Shown: positions 1 to 4,069 of the stretch, in pieces
Numbering within the stretch: position 1 is the first letter of the stretch
Layout: every line of letters starts with the position of its first letter
Virus record (IMG/VR): IMGVR_UViG_2548876869_000006
Span: 1 to 4,069 of that record
Direction: 5' to 3' (one strand)
Origin: a virus
Taxonomy: Duplodnaviria; Heunggongvirae; Uroviricota; Caudoviricetes
Length of the DNA stretch: 4,069 nucleotides
The notes under the pieces: model-generated
The model's input: only the letters and a program-made list of their open reading frames with translations
Told to the model about the DNA's origin: nothing
Database searches by the model: none
Made by a program: the position numbers and the translations under genes

Positions 1-1
1 T

Positions 2-139
2 GACCTTGATGCGTGTGATGCTGATATTTCTGCATGGGAACCGGAACGACCAGAGGGCAATGGATGGTTTATTGGTTCAATACATGACACCGAAGATGGC
101 CCGGTTTGTGTATGGCTGAGAAATAAGGCCGAAGCATAA
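2..139 (+). CDS. 3' end of an unidentified upstream gene (5'-truncated by window); C-terminus ...DLDACDADISAWEPERPEGNGWFIGSIHDTEDGPVCVWLRNKAEA*
   Basis: Frame 2 is open from the window edge to TAA at 137..139; GC content and codon use resemble the neighbouring genes. No family recognised. Confidence 0.45.
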   Translation, partial: DLDACDADISAWEPERPEGNGWFIGSIHDTEDGPVCVWLRNKAEA

Positions 140-238
140 AGGCTATAAACCGACTAACAACTAAATACTGAAGATTTAAATCAGAAACGATTTTTATTAA
201 ATCCTTAACCGGAGGGATTCCTGCACCCTCAGAACATC

Positions 239-267
239 AGGAGGCCGTCCGAAAGGGCGGTAGTGAA
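239..267 (+). promoter_or_regulatory. Translation initiation region: consensus Shine-Dalgarno AGGAGG (239..244), then a GAAA-tetraloop hairpin CCGTCC-GAAA-GGGCGG (245..260), then 7 nt to the ATG at 268
   Basis: Read directly. The SD is 23 nt from the ATG in linear sequence but about 7 nt if the 6-bp hairpin (one G-U pair) forms. No other in-frame start exists back to the stop at 169..171. Confidence 0.4.
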
Positions 268-450
268 ATGCGAAAATTCAAAATAATTATTGAAACGGGA
301 ATAGCCGGTGGAGATTTCGAGGATGAATTCGAAGTGGATGATGATGCAACACCAGATGAAATACAGGATGAAGCTAAAGATATTTTCTTTAACTACTGCA
401 ATTACTCATACCACGAAATAAAAGACGAAGAGGAAGAACAAAATGGCTGA
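268..450 (+). CDS. Small highly acidic protein, 60 aa (about 20 Asp/Glu versus 5 Lys/Arg); function unknown
   Basis: ORF in track; ATG 268, TGA 448..450; stop overlaps the start of the next ORF (ATG 443), suggesting translational coupling. Confidence 0.6.
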   Translation: MRKFKIIIETGIAGGDFEDEFEVDDDATPDEIQDEAKDIFFNYCNYSYHEIKDEEEEQNG

Positions 451-619
451 TTTTGGTTCAACTAAATACAACGTCAGTTTTGAAGCATGGCATGAACTGT
501 TAATGGACTATGCAGAGTTACGTGGTGGCAGTGCTGCTGATGCTGAAGCATGGCGTGATGATTATGAAGCAGGAAAAACTCCGGTCGAAGCATATTGTGA
601 TGAGTGGGGCGATGAATGA
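443..619 (+). CDS. Small acidic protein, 58 aa (MADFGSTKYNVSFEAWHELLMDYAELRGGSAADAEAWRDDYEAGKTPVEAYCDEWGDE); not in the ORF track
   Basis: Hand translation: ATG 443..445 with GAGG at 430..433 (9-nt spacer); open to TGA 617..619, which overlaps ATG 616 of the next gene (ATGA). It exactly fills the gap between two coupled genes. About 15 acidic versus 4 basic residues. Confidence 0.55.
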   Translation: MADFGSTKYNVSFEAWHELLMDYAELRGGSAADAEAWRDDYEAGKTPVEAYCDEWGDE

Positions 620-1131
620 GCGAGATTAATTATCAGGAAGGGCATGAAACGGCAGGGCAGGCAAAAACAGTGGCATGGCGATATCGCTACGTGAAAAAAG
701 ACGTTACAGACTTTCAGGGGAAGCCGTGGGCTGGTGACTGGAAATATGTACCGACAAAAGAGGATTGTAACGACAGGCCGAACTATGAAATTCAGGCCTT
801 ATTCATCGGCCCGCCAGTCCCGGTGACATCAGAAGGACTGGTTAAAGCCGTGCGCTTTTATGAACAGGTAAAGCGTGAGAATCCGCCAGTCGAAACAGGA
901 GCATGGAAGGATGCTGTTGACTGGGTGCTCAGAGAGGCCTGCTGCGCTGCCATTCTGGGTAAAGCCGACAATCCACCAGCATCCGGCAATCAGGTTAGCG
1001 AATTAACAATGTGGGTTAAACGACTGGTCAGTCAACTGAAAAAAGCTCAGCCGGACTGCAAATTACCGGAGAAGGCGATGGATTACCTGAAACGAAATGG
1101 ACTGATAAGCGTGGAGGATGTTTTACGATGA
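616..1131 (+). CDS. Hypothetical phage protein, 171 aa, no family recognised
   Basis: ORF in track; ATG 616 overlaps the upstream stop (ATGA); GGGG at 606..609 as SD; ordinary enterobacterial codon use; stop TGA 1129..1131. Confidence 0.75.
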   Translation: MSEINYQEGHETAGQAKTVAWRYRYVKKDVTDFQGKPWAGDWKYVPTKEDCNDRPNYEIQALFIGPPVPVTSEGLVKAVRFYEQVKRENPPVETGAWKDAVDWVLREACCAAILGKADNPPASGNQVSELTMWVKRLVSQLKKAQPDCKLPEKAMDYLKRNGLISVEDVLR

Positions 1132-1251
1132 ATATTTAGACTAAAGAGTTTGTAACGCTATGTAAGTGATTTTTTCTGGTTTAGATATTTATATGTCCGG
1201 CCAAATTGAGGTGTGTTTAAATGTTATTGCACATTGATTGTAGGGGGAATA

Positions 1252-1431
1252 ATGAAAAACGCATTGCAGTTTTTGTTTGTTGCGTTCTGGTTGTTCGCAT
1301 CATGTATGCCCATCATCTTCACAGCAAGGTATATGGAAAAAATTGATGTTTTGATATTAATGTTTGGACATATAAATGCCCTTTTTTTAGGGGTGTTCAT
1401 GGCGGTCATGTGCATTGAATACTGGCGGTAA
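1252..1431 (+). CDS. Small hydrophobic membrane micro-protein, ~59 aa, two predicted transmembrane helices, encoded in an AT-rich insert
   Basis: Track ORF 1213..1431 begins at a GTG with no usable SD; the internal ATG 1252 follows AGGGGG (1242..1247). Product MKNALQFLFVAFWLFASCMPIIFTARYMEKIDVLILMFGHINALFLGVFMAVMCIEYWR has two ~20-residue hydrophobic stretches. The preceding 120 nt are about 33% GC by hand count versus roughly 50% elsewhere. Confidence 0.45.
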   Translation: MKNALQFLFVAFWLFASCMPIIFTARYMEKIDVLILMFGHINALFLGVFMAVMCIEYWR

Positions 1432-1485
1432 ATACAGCGAACGCCATTGGTTTAGTTGGATATTTACTGTGCCGGACAAAAACGG

Positions 1486-1514
1486 TTTGCGGGGAAATCT
1501 TAGTTAAGTAGAAT
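1486..1514 (+). promoter_or_regulatory. Candidate sigma70 promoter for hok mRNA (-35 TTTGCG/TTGCGG, -10 TAGAAT 1509..1514; predicted start near G1521)
   Basis: Hexamers read directly with 16-17 nt spacing. The predicted 5' end (GGGUGCUUGAGGCU...) resembles my recollection of the plasmid R1 hok mRNA 5' end; that comparison is from memory. Confidence 0.4.
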
Positions 1515-1531
1515 AACTGCGGGTGCTTGAG
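1515..1531 (+). promoter_or_regulatory. hok mRNA 5' element (tac-like) complementary to the 3' fbi-like element at 1896..1913
   Basis: AACTGCGGGTGCTTGAG (1515..1531) pairs with CTCAACGCACCCGCACTT (1896..1913): 15 of 17 positions with one bulge. Long-range 5'-3' pairing is a known hallmark of hok-family mRNAs. Confidence 0.5.
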
Positions 1532-1574
1532 GCTATCTGTCTCAGGCATGAACACCAAAAGGCAGATAGAGAAA

Positions 1575-1640
1575 AGCCCCAGTTAACATTACGCGTCCTG
1601 CAAGACGCTTAACATTAATCTGAGGCCATATCTATGCGAC
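1575..1640 (-). ncRNA. sok: Sok-like antisense RNA (predicted), covering the SD and start codon of the mok-like leader ORF
   Basis: Placed by the minus-strand promoter at 1647..1676 (start near 1640) and by the known antisense architecture of hok/sok loci. The 3' end is not defined; I could not identify a clean terminator on the minus strand. Confidence 0.4.
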
Positions 1641-1693
1641 ACATAGAGATTAGCCTCTTACGGACCGAAAGGTCAAGGAGAAGCAGGCTATGA
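1634..1693 (+). CDS. mok-like leader ORF, 19 codons (MRHIEISLLRTERSRRSRL), stop overlapping the hok start (ATGA)
   Basis: ATG 1634 with GAGG at 1622..1625 (8-nt spacer); TGA 1691..1693 overlaps hok ATG 1690..1692. It sits about 56 nt upstream of hok, where I recall mok starting in R1 hok/sok. Confidence 0.4.
   Translation: MRHIEISLLRTERSRRSRL
1647..1676 (-). promoter_or_regulatory. Candidate sok promoter on the minus strand (-35 TTGACC = complement of 1671..1676; -10 TAATCT = complement of 1647..1652; 18-nt spacer)
   Basis: Hexamers read from the reverse complement. The position inside the mok-like/hok leader and pointing antisense matches the known placement of the sok promoter in hok/sok loci. 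Confidence 0.45.
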
Positions 1694-1845
1694 AGCAGCA
1701 AAAGGCGATGTTAATCGCCCTGATCGTCATCTGTTTAACCGTCATAGTGACGGCACTGGTAACGAGGAAAGACCTCTGCGAGGTACGAATCCGAACCGGC
1801 CAGACGGAGGTCGCTGTCTTCACAGCTTACGAACCTGAGGAGTAA
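1690..1845 (+). CDS. hokD: Hok-family type I toxin, 51 aa (MKQQKAMLIALIVICLTVIVTALVTRKDLCEVRIRTGQTEVAVFTAYEPEE); HokD/RelF-like
   Basis: Hand translation; below the ORF-track size cut-off. Single N-terminal transmembrane helix, conserved Cys and C-terminal tail typical of Hok/Gef. It matches my recollection of E. coli HokD (RelF), and the hok-rem-DUF968 order matches Qin prophage. The paralogue assignment is from memory. Confidence 0.85.
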   Translation: MKQQKAMLIALIVICLTVIVTALVTRKDLCEVRIRTGQTEVAVFTAYEPEE

Positions 1846-1852
1846 GAGACCC

Positions 1853-1874
1853 GGCGAGGGAGAAATCCCTCGCC
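1853..1874 (+). other. Perfect 9-bp stem with GAAA tetraloop (GGCGAGGGA-GAAA-TCCCTCGCC) in the hok 3' UTR
   Basis: Read directly; lies 8 nt after the hok stop and upstream of the fbi-like element and terminator. Plausibly a structural element of the hok mRNA 3' end. Confidence 0.5.
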
Positions 1875-1895
1875 ACCTCTGATGTGGCAGGCATT

Positions 1896-1913
1896 CTCAA
1901 CGCACCCGCACTT
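1896..1913 (+). promoter_or_regulatory. hok mRNA 3' fbi-like element, complementary to the mRNA 5' end (1515..1531)
   Basis: See the 1515..1531 entry; the complementarity is read directly from the sequence. Confidence 0.5.
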
Positions 1914-1945
1914 AACCCGCTTCGGCGGGTTTTTGTTTTTATTTT
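1914..1945 (+). terminator. Rho-independent terminator of the hok transcript
   Basis: Stem AACCCGC (1914..1920), loop TTCG, stem GCGGGTT (1925..1931), followed by TTTTGTTTTTATTTT. Confidence 0.75.
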
Positions 1946-1953
1946 CAACGCAT

Positions 1954-1983
1954 TTGAAGTTCTGGACGGTGCCGGAATAGAAT
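1954..1983 (+). promoter_or_regulatory. Candidate sigma70 promoter upstream of rem-like (-35 TTGAAG 1954..1959, 18-nt spacer, -10 TAGAAT 1978..1983)
   Basis: Hexamers read directly, just downstream of the hok terminator. Sequence-only prediction. Confidence 0.3.
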
Positions 1984-2061
1984 CAAAAATACTTAAGTAG
2001 CGCGCAGGGATAAGAGGGATGGTCCCTTAAAGGGGAGAGCTAATTATCCGGAAGGATTCTG

Positions 2062-2313
2062 ATGATGAACATCGAAGAACTGCGTAAAATTTTTTGTGAA
2101 GATGGCCTCTATGCTGTGTGCGTTGAAAATGGAAATATTGTTAGTCATTACCGCATTGTGTGTTTGCAAAAAAATGGGGCTGCGTTAATTAATTTTGTGG
2201 ATGCCCGAGTGACGGACGGATTTATCTTGCGCGACGGTGAGTTTGTCACTTCATTACAGGTATTGAAAGAGATCGGAATAAAAGCTGGCTTTTCTGCTTT
2301 TTCAGAAGAATAA
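2062..2313 (+). CDS. rem: Rem-like small prophage protein, 83 aa, function unknown
   Basis: ORF in track; AGGA at 2053..2056 as SD; stop TAA 2311..2313. The 83-aa length and position directly after hok match my recollection of rem in Qin prophage (from memory). Confidence 0.7.
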   Translation: MMNIEELRKIFCEDGLYAVCVENGNIVSHYRIVCLQKNGAALINFVDARVTDGFILRDGEFVTSLQVLKEIGIKAGFSAFSEE

Positions 2314-2379
2314 ACTCATCTACAATCTTGCGCGGGGCTGAACTCCCGCTGAGTAACACCGTGCCACCGGAGAAAACCG

Positions 2380-2658
2380 ATGGCACGCAACGCAAAATAT
2401 TACAAACATGATAATTCGACCGTTCTTGCCCACACGCACGAGCGGTATTCTCACGCATTTAAGTCAGACTGGTACCAGCATCCCCCATGCACTGAAGAAC
2501 AGGCCGAATGGCTCATTCAGTGTTACCGCAGGCGCGGATGCGAGGTTAAAAAAGCCCTTAGCCTCGACTACCGTCACTGGATAATCTCCGTCAGGCTTCC
2601 TTACTCCGAACGCCCACCGCGTCTGTCCCGCACATTCCAGCAACGCATCTGGAGGTAA
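2380..2658 (+). CDS. Hypothetical small basic protein, 92 aa, His/Cys-containing (possible metal-binding), Arg-rich C-terminus
   Basis: ORF in track; GGAG at 2369..2372 with 7-nt spacer to ATG 2380; stop TAA 2656..2658 lies 1 nt before the GTG start of the next gene. Confidence 0.6.
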   Translation: MARNAKYYKHDNSTVLAHTHERYSHAFKSDWYQHPPCTEEQAEWLIQCYRRRGCEVKKALSLDYRHWIISVRLPYSERPPRLSRTFQQRIWR

Positions 2659-2659
2659 C

Positions 2660-3715
2660 GTGCGGGTATTACTTCGACCTGTTCTGGTACCGGAACTCGG
2701 GCTGGTGATCGTTAAGCCGGGCCGTGAATCCATGCCGGTATTCCACAATACCCGGGTACTGGTGGAGCCGGAACCGAAAAGCATGCGTAATCTGCCGTCC
2801 GGGGTCGTTCCTGCCGTTCGCCAGCCGCTGGTGGAAGACAAAACATTGCTGCCGTTTTTCAGTAACGCACGGGTGATTCGTGCTGCTGGTGGTGCTGGTG
2901 CATTGTCTGACTGGCTGTTGCGCCATATTAAATCCTGCCAGTGGCCACACGGCGATTATCATCACAGCGAAACCGTCATTCACCGTTATGGTACCGGCGC
3001 AATGGTGTTGTGCTGGCACTGCGACAACCAGCTGCGTGACCAGACATCCGAATCACTCGGGCAACTTGCTCACCAAAACCTGTCTGCATGGATGATTGAC
3101 GTCATACGCCATGCAATGAATGGCTCGCAGGAACGGGAATTATCGCTGGCTGAATTATCCTGGTGGGCGGTCCGCAATCAGGTGGCGGACGCGCTACCGG
3201 AAGCGGTATTACGTCGTTCGCTGGGGTTGCGTGCGGAAAAAATCCGCTCAATGTACCGTGAAAGCGACATCGTACCGGGAGAGCAGACCGCCACCAGCAT
3301 ACTGAAGCAGCGCACAAAAAATCTTGCGCCGCTGCCTCACGCCCACCAGCAAAACCCGCCACAGGAAAAGACGGTGGTCAGCATTGCCGTTGATCCGGAG
3401 TCACCGGCTCAGTATCTCCAGCGCCAGAAATCACAACGGGAAGAGATGCCTGTATACACGCGCTGGGTAAAAACGCAGAAATGCATGACGTGTGGCAATC
3501 AGGCAGATGATCCGCATCACATCATTGGTCATGGACTGGGAGGGATGGGAACAAAGGCTGATGATTTGTTTGTTATTCCGCTGTGCCGTAAATGCCATAG
3601 CGAACTACACGCCGGGGTAAAAGATTTTGAAGAAAAACACGGCAGCCAGCTGTTGTTGCTGATTCGTTTTTTAATGCACGCGAGAAATTCGGGTGTTCTG
3701 AAGTGGAAAGCATAA
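2660..3715 (+). CDS. ydfU: DUF968-family prophage protein (YdfU-like), 351 aa, with a C-terminal HNH-type zinc-finger nuclease motif
   Basis: ORF in track; GTG start 2660 preceded by GGAGG (2651..2655); frame 2 has a stop at 2582..2584 and no earlier start. C-terminus (about 3482..3610) reads C-x2-C ... HH ... C-x2-C-H-x3-H, a recognisable HNH/zinc-ribbon signature. Family assignment from memory. Confidence 0.8.
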   Translation: MRVLLRPVLVPELGLVIVKPGRESMPVFHNTRVLVEPEPKSMRNLPSGVVPAVRQPLVEDKTLLPFFSNARVIRAAGGAGALSDWLLRHIKSCQWPHGDYHHSETVIHRYGTGAMVLCWHCDNQLRDQTSESLGQLAHQNLSAWMIDVIRHAMNGSQERELSLAELSWWAVRNQVADALPEAVLRRSLGLRAEKIRSMYRESDIVPGEQTATSILKQRTKNLAPLPHAHQQNPPQEKTVVSIAVDPESPAQYLQRQKSQREEMPVYTRWVKTQKCMTCGNQADDPHHIIGHGLGGMGTKADDLFVIPLCRKCHSELHAGVKDFEEKHGSQLLLLIRFLMHARNSGVLKWKA

Positions 3716-4069
3716 ATGACCGAGCGCATAGAATTTGTTTTACCTTACCCGCCGACGGTGAACACTTACTGGCGACGCCGTGGCAGCACATATTTTATCT
3801 CGGAGGAGGGAAAGCGTTATCGCCGGGCTGTGGCGCTTATTGTTCGCCAGCAGCGGCTGAAATTAAGCCTGTCCGGAAGGCTGGCGATAAAGGTGATTGC
3901 AGAGCCACCGGATAAGCGTCGTCGCGACCTGGACAATATCCTGAAAGCACCGCTGGATGCGCTGACGCATGCGGGAGTGTTAATGGACGATGAGCAGTTT
4001 GATGAAATCAATATCGTTCGTGGTCAGCCAGTATCTGGTGGACGTATGGGGGTGAAGATTTACCCCATA
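3716..4069 (+). CDS. rusA: RusA-family Holliday-junction resolvase, N-terminal 118 codons (3'-truncated by window)
   Basis: Hand translation from ATG 3716, directly after the DUF968 stop (TAAATG), with no stop to the window end: MTERIEFVLPYPPTVNTYWRRRGSTYFISEEGKRYRRAVALIVRQQRLKLSLSGRLAIKVIAEPPDKRRRDLDNILKAPLDALTHAGVLMDDEQFDEINIVRGQPVSGGRMGVKIYPI. The acidic DKRRRDLDN block and the later Asp-rich stretch match what I recall of the RusA catalytic signature. Absent from the ORF track because it has no stop. Confidence 0.8.
   Translation, partial: MTERIEFVLPYPPTVNTYWRRRGSTYFISEEGKRYRRAVALIVRQQRLKLSLSGRLAIKVIAEPPDKRRRDLDNILKAPLDALTHAGVLMDDEQFDEINIVRGQPVSGGRMGVKIYPI

Larger units (their letters stand above)
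1..4069. mobile_element. Segment of a lambdoid prophage early (nin-type) region; no ends or integrase in window
   Basis: Gene content and order (hok-family toxin, rem-like, DUF968/HNH, RusA-family resolvase) all on one strand with overlapping or abutting start/stop codons, as in lambdoid nin regions between replication genes and Q. Inferred from recalled families, no search run. Confidence 0.7.

Noticed and set aside
880-990. NPPV / NPPA tripeptides in the 171-aa protein as motif IV of an N6-adenine methyltransferase
   Set aside because: The motif normally ends in an aromatic residue ((D/N/S)PP(Y/F/W)), no SAM-binding FxGxG-type motif is present, and the protein is too short for a methyltransferase.
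1213-1431. GTG 1213 as the start of the membrane micro-protein (72 aa as in the track), and the opposing minus-strand ORF 1224..1415
   Set aside because: The only SD-like sequence before GTG 1213 is 1 nt from it, whereas ATG 1252 has AGGGGG a few nt upstream. The minus-strand ORF has no SD and a product without the coherent hydrophobic helices seen on the + strand.
1548-1586. 12-codon ORF (MNTKRQIEKSPS) and other tiny ORFs in the hok leader and 3' UTR
   Set aside because: No Shine-Dalgarno sequences, and they lie inside structured regulatory RNA segments; most likely not translated.
1647-1838. A canonical long mok ORF overlapping hok
   Set aside because: The hok-overlapping alternate frame is open for 64 codons but has no ATG, GTG or TTG start, so I did not call it as a CDS; reported as a finding instead.
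2332-2349. Intrinsic terminator after rem-like
   Set aside because: The hairpin is not followed by a U-tract; kept only as a low-interest structural observation.
2464-2841. Minus-strand ORFs in the track (2246..2458, 2464..2841, 2669..3019, 3102..3362, 3529..3729, 3573..3791, 3817..4011)
   Set aside because: All lie antisense to well-supported + strand genes (rem-like, the 92-aa gene, DUF968, rusA), lack convincing ribosome binding sites, and have Ser/Arg/Pro-rich low-complexity products typical of spurious antisense frames in GC-rich coding DNA.
2380-3715. The 92-aa ORF plus the DUF968 ORF as a single frameshifted pseudogene
   Set aside because: The downstream ORF has its own GGAGG and GTG start directly after the upstream stop, and its length (351 aa) is close to what I recall for full-length YdfU (about 349 aa). 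Adjacent coupled genes is the simpler reading.
2880-3915. Plus-strand alternate-frame ORFs 2880..3095, 3120..3305 and 3703..3915
   Set aside because: They are out-of-frame overlaps of the DUF968 and rusA genes with low-complexity products and no independent start signals.
1-4069. CRISPR arrays, tRNA/rRNA genes, IS elements or inverted-repeat transposon ends
   Set aside because: No regularly spaced direct repeats, no cloverleaf-compatible segments, and no terminal inverted repeats or transposase-like frames were found on reading both strands.

Overview
This 4,069-bp window reads as a segment of a lambdoid (Qin-like) prophage 'nin-type' early region in an enterobacterium, with all genes on the + strand. 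Left to right: the 3' end of an unidentified gene (2..139); a tightly overlapping trio of a 60-aa acidic mini-protein, a 58-aa acidic mini-protein absent from the ORF track, and a 171-aa orphan protein (268..1131); an AT-rich insert encoding a ~59-aa two-helix membrane micro-protein (1252..1431); a hok/sok-type type I toxin-antitoxin locus with its regulatory RNA elements readable in the sequence (about 1486..1945; hok CDS 1690..1845 is below the ORF-track size cut-off); rem-like (2062..2313); a 92-aa His/Cys-containing basic protein (2380..2658); a 351-aa DUF968/YdfU-like protein with a C-terminal HNH/zinc-finger motif (2660..3715); and the start of a RusA-family Holliday-junction resolvase running off the window end (3716..4069, not in the ORF track because it has no stop). 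Gene names rest on my recall of protein families, not on any database search. No tRNA, rRNA, CRISPR array or IS element was seen. The most interesting candidates are the coupled acidic mini-protein pair (possible DNA-mimic/anti-defence proteins), the AT-rich membrane micro-protein insert, and the apparently intact hok locus with a remodelled mok frame.
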